Position numbers and translations under genes: made by a program. The notes below the pieces were generated by a model. That model ran no database searches. It was not told the DNA's origin and saw only the letters and a program-made list of their open reading frames with translations. A DNA stretch of 64,000 nucleotides from assembly GCA_040751795.1 (NCBI GenBank), contig JBFMHR010000001.1:32001-96000 (forward strand), given 5' to 3'. Shown here piece after piece: positions 43,856 to 53,783 of this stretch (position 1 is the first letter of the stretch; every line of letters begins with the position of its first letter). Origin of the DNA: Thermoplasmatota archaeon. Its GTDB lineage: Archaea > Thermoplasmatota > Thermoplasmata > UBA10834.

Positions 43856-45556
43856 TCAGTACCTCCTCGCCTCGGGCTTGAACCTGGTGATCTTCACCGG
43901 CGAGTAGGTGATCACCGGCCCCTTGGGCGAATAGGTCGCTATTGTGTGCTGCAGGAACTTCGTGTCGTCCCTCTCCTTGAAGTCGAGCCTGGAGTGCGCC
44001 CCCCTGCTCTCTTCCCTCTTGAGGGCGCCCACCACTATGGCCTCGGCCACGTCCAGCATCCCCTCGATCTCTATGGCCCTCACCAGGTCGATGTTGTAGC
44101 CCTTGCCCTTGTTCTGGACAGTTATGTTGGCGTAGCGGGCCTTGAGCTCCCTGATCTTCGCCAGGGCCTCCTCCATGGGCGCCTTGTCCCTGTATATGCC
44201 GACCTTGGTGATCATCGTCTCCTTCATCTCGGCCCTTATGTCGGCGTGGTTCTCGGTGCCCTTCCTGGCCAGCATGGCGTCGAGGCGGTCCCTGGTCTCC
44301 CTGAGGCACTTGTTCATCGCGGCCTCGCCCTCCTTGAAGGCCTTCTTGGAGAGCACGTACTCGGCCGCGACCTGCCCGCACCTCTTCCCGAACACGACCG
44401 TGTCGAGGAGGGAGTTGCCTCCTAGCCTGTTGGCGCCGTGGACGCTCACGCAGCCGCACTCGCCCGCCGCGTAGAGCCCGTTGAACTTGGTCGCGCCGTC
44501 AATGTCCGTGTCGATGCCGCCCATGGTGTAGTGCTGCCCGGGCTGTATCGGCACCGGCTTCTCGATTGGGTCGACGCCGACGAAGTTGATGGCGAGGTCC
44601 CTGATGCCCGGGAGCCTCTCGAGTATCTTCTGGCGACCGAGGTGCCTGAGGTCCAGGTGCACGTAGTCCTTGCCGTCGATGCCCCTGCCCTCGTTGATCT
44701 CGGTCTGGATGGACCTGGAGACTATGTCCCTGGGCGCGAGCTCCATCGCCTTCGCGGCGTACTTGGACATGAACCTCTCGCCCTGACTGTTCACGAGGTA
44801 CCCGCCCTCGCCCCTCGCGCCCTCGGTCATCAGTATGTTGGTGCCGAAGAGCGACGTCGGGTGGAACTGGACGAACTCCATGTCCTTCAGGGGGACGCCC
44901 CTCCTGTAGCAGGCGGACTGCGCGGATCCCGTCGAAATGAGGGCGTTCGTGGACCGGCCGTATATCTGGCCGCTCCCGCCGCTCGCGATTATGACCGCCT
45001 CGGCCATGAACTGCTCGAGCTCGCCGGTCCTGAGGTTGAAGCATATGACGCCCCTGACGGCGCCCGCCTCGAGCACGAGGTCCACCATCACGCGGTCCTC
45101 GTAGAGGGGTATGTCCAGCTTCACCGAGCGCTCCCAGAGCGTGTGGAGCATGTACATGCCGGTCTTGTCGGTCGCGAAGCACGTCCTCGGGTAGCCTGCG
45201 CCGCCGAACGGCCTCTGGGCGATCTTGCCATCGTCGGTCCTGGAGAAGGGGCAGCCCCAGTGCTCGATCTCGTATATGCACGGGCCCGCCTCCTTGGTCA
45301 TGAACTCGACGGCGTCCTGGTCGGCCAGGTAGTCGCTGCCCTTTGTCGTGTCGAAGGCGTGCTTCTCCCAGTTGTCGTCCTTGGCCGCCGGGTTGTTGGC
45401 CAGGGACGCGTTCACGCCCCCCTGGGCCGCGCCCGAGTGCGACCTGACCGGGTGCACCTGCGATATTATCGCCGTGTCGGCCTTGGGGGCGCACTCTATG
45501 GCTGCCCTGAGGCCCGCGAGGCCGCCGCCGATCACCAGTATCTTGTGGTAGTACAT
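43856..45556 (-). CDS. sdhA: Succinate dehydrogenase/fumarate reductase flavoprotein
   Basis: GGGLAG, RSHSGAAQGG, QFHPT, HYTMGG, HGANRLGGNSL. Confidence 0.96.
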   Translation of the reverse strand: MYYHKILVIGGGLAGLRAAIECAPKADTAIISQVHPVRSHSGAAQGGVNASLANNPAAKDDNWEKHAFDTTKGSDYLADQDAVEFMTKEAGPCIYEIEHWGCPFSRTDDGKIAQRPFGGAGYPRTCFATDKTGMYMLHTLWERSVKLDIPLYEDRVMVDLVLEAGAVRGVICFNLRTGELEQFMAEAVIIASGGSGQIYGRSTNALISTGSAQSACYRRGVPLKDMEFVQFHPTSLFGTNILMTEGARGEGGYLVNSQGERFMSKYAAKAMELAPRDIVSRSIQTEINEGRGIDGKDYVHLDLRHLGRQKILERLPGIRDLAINFVGVDPIEKPVPIQPGQHYTMGGIDTDIDGATKFNGLYAAGECGCVSVHGANRLGGNSLLDTVVFGKRCGQVAAEYVLSKKAFKEGEAAMNKCLRETRDRLDAMLARKGTENHADIRAEMKETMITKVGIYRDKAPMEEALAKIRELKARYANITVQNKGKGYNIDLVRAIEIEGMLDVAEAIVVGALKREESRGAHSRLDFKERDDTKFLQHTIATYSPKGPVITYSPVKITRFKPEARRY

Positions 45557-45561
45557 CTCGC

Positions 45562-45963
45562 TCAGCCTCCGTTGGTGATGAAGGGAAGCAGGATGACCAT
45601 GCCCCAGATGAGCGTCGCTATCCCGACGACCCACAGGGTCACGTCGATCAGCTTCCTCCTCTTCACGAACATGTCGAAGTCGAACAGAACCGTCCTGAAG
45701 CCGTTGAGGCCGTGCAGGAGCACCATCGACAGCATGCCGTAGTCGACGACGATGTACAGGAGCTGGTCAAGCCTGACGCTGACCTCGTCGAACGTTATCA
45801 GCGGCTCCTCGCCCGTCTCGGACCCCACGTCCATGAAGTGGGATGCGTACAGGTGCACCGCCAGGAAGACTATCAGCAGCACCGCGGAGAGCCTCTGGAG
45901 GGCCCATGCCCATGTGCCCGCGACCTTGGAGGTCGCGACCCTCTGCTCGGCCACCTCAGGCAC
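45562..45963 (-). CDS. sdhD: Succinate dehydrogenase membrane anchor
   Basis: WALQRLSA, HGLNG, three TM segments. Confidence 0.85.
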   Translation of the reverse strand: MPEVAEQRVATSKVAGTWAWALQRLSAVLLIVFLAVHLYASHFMDVGSETGEEPLITFDEVSVRLDQLLYIVVDYGMLSMVLLHGLNGFRTVLFDFDMFVKRRKLIDVTLWVVGIATLIWGMVILLPFITNGG

Positions 45964-46372
45964 CCCCCTCAGGGAACACCAGGTGCCATATCGCGATGAG
46001 CCCGCCGACGATCAGCACGGCCGCGACGGCCATGGTGATCCAGAAGACGAGCTTCTGGCGCCTTATGCCGATGCCGAGGTCGAATAGGACGACCCTGAAC
46101 CCGTTCATCGCGTGGTATATCACCACGATCACGAGCAGGAAGTCCATGGCGACGAACAGGGGCTGCGAGGTCGTCTCCATCAGCGCATCGAAGTCCGCGC
46201 CCCCCTCAGCCATCGAAGCGGTCGATATGAACGAGAGGTGCAGGAACACGTAGGCCACGAGGACCAGCCCCGTCAGCCTGTGCCCGACCCATGCCCACAT
46301 CCCGGTCTTCATGTTCGTCGGCCAGAACTCCGAGTTCTTGCCGAACAACCACTTGAAGCTGCTTATCTTCAT
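45956..46372 (-). CDS. sdhC: Succinate dehydrogenase cytochrome b subunit
   Basis: WAWVGHRLTG, YHAMNGFR. Confidence 0.88.
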   Translation of the reverse strand: MKISSFKWLFGKNSEFWPTNMKTGMWAWVGHRLTGLVLVAYVFLHLSFISTASMAEGGADFDALMETTSQPLFVAMDFLLVIVVIYHAMNGFRVVLFDLGIGIRRQKLVFWITMAVAAVLIVGGLIAIWHLVFPEGGA

Positions 46373-46723
46373 TCGAACACCTTTGCCGGAAATCCCGTTC
46401 CGCTCTCGCGGGGACCCTGGGAACTCAGCACTGGCGGATAGACGCCCGGAGCCCCCGGGCGCCTAGACAAGCGAGATTGTACTTAAGAGTATCTAATCGA
46501 ACATATTGTTAGCGGGTTTCACCACCGAGGGTTCAATTCTCGACGGATAGCCGTCACACAACATTCGAAATTCGTTCCTCGGGCTCGACCGCCGTTCAAA
46601 TCGCGCAAAGCGGCCCCGGACCGCGGGGCTGCGGACGGTCCATCGCACTCCCTCCCTCCTGGGAGACGGCGCCTCGGGACAGAATAAAAGTACGTGCAGG
46701 AAGATACAAGCCGCATGGCCGAC

Positions 46724-46882
46724 ATGGCGAAGTACCAGTGCAATGTGTGCGGCTGGGTGTACGACCCGGAGAAGGGCGATCCGAGCCAGAACATACCGCC
46801 AGGCACCGCCTTCGAGGACCTGCCCGACGACTGGACGTGCCCCGAGTGCGGCGCAGGCAAGGACGAGTTCAGCAAGACGTGA
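46724..46882 (+). CDS. Rubredoxin
   Basis: CNVCGWVYD...[14 protein letters not shown]. Confidence 0.95.
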   Translation: MAKYQCNVCGWVYDPEKGDPSQNIPPGTAFEDLPDDWTCPECGAGKDEFSKT

Positions 46883-46929
46883 GCCCTCCGGCACACACCC
46901 CTGCCCGGGGCCTCCGAAAGGTGAGCTAG

Positions 46930-47973
46930 ATGATACTCCGCCTCGCGATGATCGGTTTCGGCAACGTCGGCCAGGAGTTCGCCAGGCTCCTCCTGTCCAA
47001 GCGGCAGTGGCTCCTCAGGTCCAAGGGCCTCGATGTCGAGGTCGTCGCCATCTCAACGAAGACCAGGGGGACCTTGGTCTCAGACAGGGCTCTGGACCTC
47101 GAGGCGGTCCTCAAGGAGCTCGATGCGGTCGGCAGCCTCAAGGGCTTCCCCGGGGCGAGGGAGGACCTCTCTCCCCTTGAAGTGATTGACCGGACCGTCG
47201 CCGACATGGTCATCGAGCTGACCACACTGGACATAGGGTCGGGCAGGCCCGCGATCGACCACATCACCCGGGCCATCGAGTGCGGCATGGACGTCGTGAC
47301 GGCCAACAAGGGGCCCGTGGCATTCGCGTACCACGAGCTCAGGGCGCTCGCGCGCTCCCGCGGCGTCAGGTTCAGGTTCGAGGGCACCGTCATGGACGGG
47401 ACCCCGGTGTTCAGCCTGGTGGAGAGGACGCTGCCAGGGTGCCAGGTCCTCGGGATCAGGGGCATCCTGAACAGCACTTCGAACTACGTCCTCACCGAGA
47501 TATCCAAGGGCAGGACCGCGCAGGACGCGATCAGGGAGGCGCAGGCCCGCGGCATAGCGGAGGCGGACCCGTCCCTCGACATGGACGGGTGGGACGCGGC
47601 GGCCAAGATAACCGCCCTTGCGAACGTGTTGATGGAGGCGAGGAAGACGCCGAAGGACGTGGACAGGACGGGCGTCGGGGACGTCTCCGCCCGGACCCTG
47701 GAGGACGCGAGGGCTGCCGGCGCCAGGCTGAAGCTCGTCGCGAGCGCGTCCATGGAGGACGGGGACGTGAGGCTCGTCGTCAGGCCGGAGAGGATCGGCC
47801 CCGATAGCCCGTTCTGGTCGGTCGAGGGCACCTCCAGCGCGGTGACGATAAGGACGGACCTCATGGGGGACCTGACGATACTCGAGGAGGGCCCGGCCCT
47901 CACCCAGACCGCCTACGCGGTCTTCTCCGACATGCTCCTGGCCGTCGAATCGATCCGCAGCGGGACCCTCTGA
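46930..47973 (+). CDS. hom: Homoserine dehydrogenase
   Basis: GFGNVG, VVTANKGP, FEGTVMDGTP, GILNSTSN, AEADPSLD. Confidence 0.92.
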   Translation: MILRLAMIGFGNVGQEFARLLLSKRQWLLRSKGLDVEVVAISTKTRGTLVSDRALDLEAVLKELDAVGSLKGFPGAREDLSPLEVIDRTVADMVIELTTLDIGSGRPAIDHITRAIECGMDVVTANKGPVAFAYHELRALARSRGVRFRFEGTVMDGTPVFSLVERTLPGCQVLGIRGILNSTSNYVLTEISKGRTAQDAIREAQARGIAEADPSLDMDGWDAAAKITALANVLMEARKTPKDVDRTGVGDVSARTLEDARAAGARLKLVASASMEDGDVRLVVRPERIGPDSPFWSVEGTSSAVTIRTDLMGDLTILEEGPALTQTAYAVFSDMLLAVESIRSGTL

Positions 47974-47976
47974 CCC

Positions 47977-48504
47977 TCAGTCCTTCTCGAGGCTGAACTC
48001 CATGTTGTCGTAGTAGAAACCCGCCCCGGACCTGCTGTCGCGCTCGGCGCGCAGGATGGTAAGGTGGCCCGTCTCCTCGCCGACCAGCCAGTTGAACACC
48101 TGCCTGGCGTTCGGGTCGTCGGACCTCTCCCCGGCGGTCCTGTAGTACCGTATCGACCTCTCTTCGACATCTATCCCCACGTCGATGACCTCGAGCTCTC
48201 CTGCGCCCGGGTCGAGCTCGATGTGCCTGACGTCGCCCTCCGAGAAGACCGAGTGTCCTGCCCTGGCCGAGGGCCGCCTGGCGTCCTCGAGCGTGTCCCA
48301 GCCCTTGCCACCCTCGATCCGGGCGAGCTCGTGGCTCAGCACCTCGATGTGCCTCTCCTCCTGTGTGACCAGGCTCAGGAACATGTCCTTGGACCTCTTG
48401 CGGGCGACCAATCCCGAGGCGCGCTCGAAGAACTCCCTGCCCTCGACCTCCATGGCTATCGCGCCCCTGAGCACCTCTGAAGCAGACCTATCCGTCCCGG
48501 ACAT
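47977..48504 (-). CDS. Ferritin/rubrerythrin-like protein
   Basis: AIAME...EERH...EETGH di-iron motifs. Confidence 0.88.
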   Translation of the reverse strand: MSGTDRSASEVLRGAIAMEVEGREFFERASGLVARKRSKDMFLSLVTQEERHIEVLSHELARIEGGKGWDTLEDARRPSARAGHSVFSEGDVRHIELDPGAGELEVIDVGIDVEERSIRYYRTAGERSDDPNARQVFNWLVGEETGHLTILRAERDSRSGAGFYYDNMEFSLEKD

Positions 48505-48573
48505 GCTGGACCTCCCTCCCCTGATCCACCGCCATCCCGTGATATATGGTTATCCACGAATGCGCGGGCCGCA

Positions 48574-49332
48574 TCACTGGGCGGTGGTCCCGCCGTCCAC
48601 GGAGAGGCAGGCCCCCGTGACGAACGAGGACTCCCCGCTGGCCAGGAACAGGACAGCCTTCGCGACCTCCTCGGGCCTTCCGATCCTGCCCATGGGGCTC
48701 TCGGCCTGGGACCTGGCCATGTAGGCCTCGGGGTCCTCCGCCGCGCGCACCTCGCGAGCGAGCATGGGCGTGTCTATTATGCCGGGGTTGACGCAGTTGA
48801 CCCTTATTCCGTGCTGGGCGTAGTCGAGGGCCATGGCCTTGGTCATCAGCGCCACGGCGCCCTTGGAGGCGCAGTATGCCGGGCAGCTCCTGTTGCCTAT
48901 GAGCCCCGCGTCGGAGGAGTTGTTCACTATGACGCCCCCGCCCTGGCGCTTCATGTGCGGGACTGCGAACTTGGCCACCATGAACGGGCCCTTGACGTTG
49001 ACGTCCATGAGCCGGTCGTACTCCTCCTCGGACATGTCCTCGACGGTCTTCTCGATATACACGCCGGCGTTGTTGAAGAGGATGTCGAGCCGTCCGAACC
49101 TGGCGACCGTCTCCTCCACCATCCTCCGCGCGTCCTCCGGCCTGGAGACGTCGCCCTGGACGAAAATGACCTCGCCCAGCCCTGACAGCGACTCGACGGC
49201 CCGGCGCCCCTTGTCCTCGGACCTCCCCGCCACGGCGACACTGGCGCCCTCTTCAAGGAACAGTCTAGCGCACGCGTACCCTATGCCCTCGGTGCCCCCC
49301 GTGACGAGGGCCGCCTTGCCCTTCAGACGCAA
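48574..49332 (-). CDS. SDR oxidoreductase (start uncertain)
   Basis: TGGTEGIG, NNAG, YCASK. Confidence 0.92.
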   Translation of the reverse strand: MRLKGKAALVTGGTEGIGYACARLFLEEGASVAVAGRSEDKGRRAVESLSGLGEVIFVQGDVSRPEDARRMVEETVARFGRLDILFNNAGVYIEKTVEDMSEEEYDRLMDVNVKGPFMVAKFAVPHMKRQGGGVIVNNSSDAGLIGNRSCPAYCASKGAVALMTKAMALDYAQHGIRVNCVNPGIIDTPMLAREVRAAEDPEAYMARSQAESPMGRIGRPEEVAKAVLFLASGESSFVTGACLSVDGGTTAQ

Positions 49333-49385
49333 TCCAACACCAGGCACCGAATCTGCCTGCTCCGAGAAATACCTTCCAGGTGGTC

Positions 49386-50711
49386 CTACCCGGACGAGGC
49401 CATCGGCAGGGCGACCTTGAACACGCTCCCCTTCGAGTGGTCCCCCGGCACGCGGTCCTCCACCCATGCCATGCCCTTGTACGCGTCCACGATGGCGCGC
49501 ACCGTGGAGAGTCCGAGCCCCGAGGCGGGCATCTTCCCCTCCTCCCCGTTGAACCTGCCGAACACGACATGCTTCTTTGAGTCAGGGATGCCTATGCCGT
49601 TGTCCGCCACGGATACGCACCAGTAGCGCATGTAGTCCACGAAGAACTCGCCTATGGACACGTCCACGACCACGGAGCCGTGCGGGTCGTAGTCGACCGC
49701 GTTCCTGAGGATGTTGGTGAATATCTCGTCCACAAGCTCGTTGCCCGTGGCGAAGTACCTGCTGTTGCCGAGCCTGAGGTTGATCTTGACGTCGCGGCCG
49801 GAGTTCTCGCGGAGGACCGAGGACACGCTCTCCTTCAGGGCCTCGCCCAGCTCCACCGGGCCCATGTTCTCGGCCCCCTCCTCCTCTATCTTCGCCAGCT
49901 TGCTGGCCCTCTGGATCAGCTCGCTGATCGACCACGCCGAGGAGGACGCCCTCTCCAGGAACTTCCTGGTGCTCTTCGCGTCCTGCCCCTCGTCCTGGGC
50001 CATCGCGAGGTAGCTCGTGACCGCCTGGTTGTAGTTGTTTATGTCGTGCGCGATTATGTCGCCGAGGAACTTGGACCTCTGGGCGACCTCCAGCTGCCGC
50101 TGGTACATCTTCGCGTTCTCGATCGCGACGCCGGCGAGCTGGGAGAACAGCTGCATCGCCTCTATGGTGTCGCGCTCGAACGTCCTCCCGCTGACCGGCT
50201 CGATTATCTCGATGTACCCGCTGACGGAGCCGTCCCTGCCGTGGAACAGCAGCTTGAGGTAGTCCATCTCGTGCCAGTCCTTGGGGTCCCCCCGCGGCTT
50301 GGTGATGTCCTGCAGGTTGAAGTAGAACAGCTCGTCGGCCTTGACGTACTCCTCCGGTCCCGGGCGGACGAAGTAGACGTTGTCTATGACCTTGTACCTC
50401 TCGTCGAGGTCCTTCTTCATCCGCTCCTGGCTGTACGTGAACTTCTTCAGCTTGTCCGCCACCGCGGGCGGGTAGCCGTGGGTCGCCCGCACCCGGAAGA
50501 CCTGCTCGTTCTCGTCGAGCACGGATATGATCAGGCCCCTGACGGAGAAGAGCTCTGCCACGGTCGAGGCGATGTCCTGGAGCACGGGGTCGAGGCGCTC
50601 GACGGACATGATGTCGGAGAGGACGCTGAGCATCTCCCCGGCGAACCTCGGAGGTGTCGGGCACCTCCTGACCGCGGGTTTGCGCCTGGACTTCTGAGCC
50701 TCCGCCATCAT
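49386..50711 (-). CDS. GAF sensor histidine kinase
   Basis: AHDINN, NILRNA, DNGIGIP, GLGL; paralogous to 37914-39293. Confidence 0.9.
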   Translation of the reverse strand: MMAEAQKSRRKPAVRRCPTPPRFAGEMLSVLSDIMSVERLDPVLQDIASTVAELFSVRGLIISVLDENEQVFRVRATHGYPPAVADKLKKFTYSQERMKKDLDERYKVIDNVYFVRPGPEEYVKADELFYFNLQDITKPRGDPKDWHEMDYLKLLFHGRDGSVSGYIEIIEPVSGRTFERDTIEAMQLFSQLAGVAIENAKMYQRQLEVAQRSKFLGDIIAHDINNYNQAVTSYLAMAQDEGQDAKSTRKFLERASSSAWSISELIQRASKLAKIEEEGAENMGPVELGEALKESVSSVLRENSGRDVKINLRLGNSRYFATGNELVDEIFTNILRNAVDYDPHGSVVVDVSIGEFFVDYMRYWCVSVADNGIGIPDSKKHVVFGRFNGEEGKMPASGLGLSTVRAIVDAYKGMAWVEDRVPGDHSKGSVFKVALPMASSG

Positions 50712-50890
50712 GCATCCCCTGGCCTGTGTCGGCTGAGTTGAGTGAACCACTACTGCCTATTATAACTTTCGCGGAACATCCGCGCGGAGCCAGCGCAGTT
50801 TCGGCGGACGGGCGCAGCGGTGCCAGCTGGGGGCACCACCTGCAAAATTCCTAATAGACGTAAGCGGATTTGGAGGCACAGAGGGGGACC

Positions 50891-51148
50891 ATGGCCGAGG
50901 AGCTTGTAGGGAACGTGATGCTGTTCTTTGCCAAACCGTGCGTCGCAGCCATCGAGATAACATCTGGGACCCTGTCCGTGGGCGACACCGTCAGGATAAA
51001 GGGTGCCACGACCGACTTCGAGCAGAGGATCGAGTCCATGGAGATCGACCGGAAGCCTGTCACGAGCGCAGGGGCGGGCCAGTCCGTCGGCGTGAAGGTC
51101 AAGGACAGGGTAAGGCAGCACGACAAGGTCTTTAAGCTGGTCGTGTAG
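50891..51148 (+). CDS. EF-Tu domain II-like small beta-barrel protein
   Basis: VAAIE..GTLSVGDTVRIKGATTDFEQRIESME. Confidence 0.8.
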   Translation: MAEELVGNVMLFFAKPCVAAIEITSGTLSVGDTVRIKGATTDFEQRIESMEIDRKPVTSAGAGQSVGVKVKDRVRQHDKVFKLVV

Positions 51149-51182
51149 ATATTATAGCCAGCCACGCCATTCCCTCAGCTGC

Positions 51183-52166
51183 ATGAAGCCGAGCATGATC
51201 GTCCACGGCGGGGCGTGGGACATACCTGACGACCAGGTCGACGCCCACGTGAAGGGATGTGCTGCGGCGATGTGTGCCGGAAGGGACCTCCTCCTGGGCG
51301 GGGCCTCGGCGCTCGATGCGGTCGAGGCGGCGGTCTCCACGATGGAGGACGACCCCATATTCGACGCCGGGAGGGGCTCCGTGCTCAACCAGTCGGGGCA
51401 GGTCGAGATGGACGCGATTATAATGGACGGCTCGACTCTGAGGTCCGGGGCCGTCGCTGCGATTAAGCGCATGCGGAACCCCGTGAAGGTGGCGCGGCGC
51501 CTTATGGACGGGACCCAGTTCTCGATGCTCGCCGGCGACGGCGCCCTGAGGTTCGCCCTCTCGAACGGGTTCGAGGAGTGCACGGAGGAGGACCTCCTGG
51601 TCGGGAGGGAGCTCGAGGACTACAGGGAGTACCTCAGGACGGGGGTGCTCCATACAAGGGAGGAGTTCTCCGGGAGGCCTCAGGACACGGTGGGCGCCTG
51701 CGCGATGGACGTGGAAGGGCACCTCGCGTGCGCGACCTCCACCGGCGGCACCAGGAGGAAGATCGCCGGCCGCGTGGGGGACTCGCCCATAGTGGGCGCG
51801 GGCGCGTACGCGGACGACCTCCTCGGGGCGGCGTCTTCGACGGGCTGGGGCGAGAAGATCATGGCCGTGGTGCTGGCCAAGACGGCGCTTGAACTCCTCA
51901 GGGACGGGAGGGGTGCCTACATGGCCTGCGAGGGGGGACTGGAGGTGCTGGCGAGGCGCGTGGACGGCCTCGGCGGGATCATAATGGTCGACAGGAACGG
52001 GGCTGTGGGCCTGCACCACAACACGCCGCGCATGGCATACGCGTTCTTCGAGGGCGCATCTGGCCGAGAGGAGGACGGGGTCAGGAGGAAGGCTGGGCCG
52101 GCCGTGCGACGGCATCCCGGTCCTTGCAGCCAGGCGGTCCGCACATGTACGACTCGACCTCCGTGA
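51183..52166 (+). CDS. Isoaspartyl peptidase / type 2 L-asparaginase (Ntn hydrolase)
   Basis: HGGA, EMDA, DTVGA nucleophile, TSTGG, GRVGDSP. Confidence 0.92.
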   Translation: MKPSMIVHGGAWDIPDDQVDAHVKGCAAAMCAGRDLLLGGASALDAVEAAVSTMEDDPIFDAGRGSVLNQSGQVEMDAIIMDGSTLRSGAVAAIKRMRNPVKVARRLMDGTQFSMLAGDGALRFALSNGFEECTEEDLLVGRELEDYREYLRTGVLHTREEFSGRPQDTVGACAMDVEGHLACATSTGGTRRKIAGRVGDSPIVGAGAYADDLLGAASSTGWGEKIMAVVLAKTALELLRDGRGAYMACEGGLEVLARRVDGLGGIIMVDRNGAVGLHHNTPRMAYAFFEGASGREEDGVRRKAGPAVRRHPGPCSQAVRTCTTRPP

Positions 52167-52956
52167 GCAGCTCCTCGTGCTCCTCGCGCGAGATCATGAA
52201 CGTCTTCCTGAGCATCTTCAGTATGTCGTCCTCCGGTCCAGAGATCTTCCCGTCGGTCAGGGCCACCTCGAGCACGCCGCGGTAGATCCTGAGGAACTCC
52301 ATGTGGTCCTGCGCCACCTTCTTCAGTATCTCGCCCTCGAGCAGCTGGTGCTGCGACTCCGATATCTGGAGGTGCTTCCTGAGCTCCTCGATCAGGAACC
52401 GCTCCGTGGCCGTGACCTGGCCGTCCCTCCAGGCGGTCTGGAGGGCACGCTTGTAGATGTCCGAGGAGCGCTCCTTCGCCTCGAGGGCCTCGCGCTTCTT
52501 CGCGTCGACGCTCAGCAGGTCGGGGAGGGTCAGCTCGCCCTTCGCGATGGCCTCCCTGACGATGTCGCAGTAGGTGATCCTCACAGGGGTCGCGTCGTCG
52601 ACCTCGCTGACCTTCATCCTCCGGGTGCGTCCATTGTCCCTTACCTCCACCTCGGTGTCGCCCACCCGGTCGCGTATGTCGCAGGCCTTCGAGTAACCCG
52701 CAGAGGAGAGGTAGTAGCCGTTCATCCGCTGCTTCATGCCCTGTATGTGGGCCTTCCTCTCGACGATCAGGTTCTCCTTCATCAGATCGTCCAGGTACTT
52801 CGACAGGTGCTTCCTCTGCACCCCGGTGCAGTAGGAGATCGTCTCCTGTATGAGGTCGGAGGGGAGCTCGAACCTGTCCTCCATGTGGCGGAAGTCCACG
52901 AGGTACAGAAGGATCCGCTCCTTGCTGGTCAGAGAAATGATGTCATCTATTGGCAT
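52081..52956 (-). CDS. N-terminal wHTH plus two TerB-like repeats
   Basis: QETISYCTGVQRKHLSKYL; AWRDGQVTATE and ALTDGKISGPE repeats. Confidence 0.7.
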   Translation of the reverse strand: MPIDDIISLTSKERILLYLVDFRHMEDRFELPSDLIQETISYCTGVQRKHLSKYLDDLMKENLIVERKAHIQGMKQRMNGYYLSSAGYSKACDIRDRVGDTEVEVRDNGRTRRMKVSEVDDATPVRITYCDIVREAIAKGELTLPDLLSVDAKKREALEAKERSSDIYKRALQTAWRDGQVTATERFLIEELRKHLQISESQHQLLEGEILKKVAQDHMEFLRIYRGVLEVALTDGKISGPEDDILKMLRKTFMISREEHEELLTEVESYMCGPPGCKDRDAVARPAQPSS

Positions 52957-53064
52957 GGATGCCGTAATCTCACTATCTTATATATGCGCCTTGCTGAGGT
53001 TCCTGCAGCCATCCTCGGAAAGAGTTAAGGCGCAGGGGCTGGATAACCGGAACGGGATGATGGG

Positions 53065-53157
53065 TTGATAGACAAGAGGGCGTTGCTCTTCCTGTTCATT
53101 GTTCTCATGGCCGCCTTCGGGGCGATCGCGCTCATCATATTGATCTCAGGGAGCTGA
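53065..53157 (+). CDS. 30-aa single-TM peptide
   Basis: Hand translation (TTG start) MIDKRALLFLFIVLMAAFGAIALIILISGS*. Confidence 0.45.
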   Translation: MIDKRALLFLFIVLMAAFGAIALIILISGS

Positions 53158-53454
53158 GGCGGCGGCAAGGGCTCCTCCCTTAGGTTGGGGCGAAGGGCCC
53201 GCGCACCTCCGAAATCGGCGCGCCGGCTTCGATTCTCGTCGCTGAGACCATTTAAATAAGACACATTATATACCTACTTTGAATATTTCATATTGTATAT
53301 ATTCCGACATATGCCCTAGGGCGTCCAGATTCGAATGGAAGCCGTCCGAACACCGACATGACGCGCCGATTCTGTCACAATATCGATGTTAATATAATTA
53401 CATGGATATCTCCAAGTTGGTAACGGGGAAACCATATAATACGCCGTGGGCTTA

Positions 53455-53582
53455 GGACAGTCCGACGAGCATGGAAGCGCACAAATCCGGCCCATCGGAT
53501 TCTTCCGCCAAGGAAGGGCTACCGCGCAGACCATGCTAGGTTCCGCCGAAGTCCGATGGGATGCCGGGCCGGTGGAACTGTC
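53455..53582 (+). ncRNA. Candidate structured 5' leader RNA (riboswitch-like, pseudoknotted)
   Basis: TATA-like box at 53434-53441; GACAGT/ACTGTC, AGCATGG/CCATGCT, CTTCC/GGAAG, TCCGCCG/CGGTGGA, and loop-loop CCCATCGGATT/AGTCCGATGGG. Confidence 0.55.
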
Positions 53583-53600
53583 GCAACAGGAGGTGCAGAT

Positions 53601-53729
53601 GTGATGAGACAGGCAGGCGTTTGGAGCACGATCAAGCAGGTCCAGCTTGAGAGGCAGCTCCTCTGGGTCCCCAGGACGCAGAGGGCGAAGCTCAGAGCCT
53701 ACGTCGCTGGCAGCAAGTTCAACGAGTGA
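53601..53729 (+). CDS. Small basic protein (41-42 aa)
   Basis: AGGAGGTG SD; (M)MRQAGVWSTIKQVQLERQLLWVPRTQRAKLRAYVAGSKFNE*; followed by CAAACCCCTT and a T tract. Confidence 0.6.
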   Translation: MMRQAGVWSTIKQVQLERQLLWVPRTQRAKLRAYVAGSKFNE

Positions 53730-53783
53730 GCTTCAAACCCCTTCACACCTGTTTTTCCGGTTCGTTGGATGGACAGGGGCGGG

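Noticed and set aside
46594-46602. GTTCAAATC T-loop-like motif
   Set aside because: No cloverleaf or acceptor stem around it; not a tRNA.
52081-52166. 86-bp convergent overlap of asparaginase and the wHTH-TerB gene
   Set aside because: Probably a non-conserved C-terminal run-on in GC-rich DNA; no functional signal seen.
53455-53600. Lysine riboswitch assignment (CGCCGAAG, ACTGTC, loop-loop pairing)
   Set aside because: It lacks the 5' AGAGG(U/C)GC and loop-E motifs and the five-way junction, and the downstream gene is unrelated; kept as an unknown motif.
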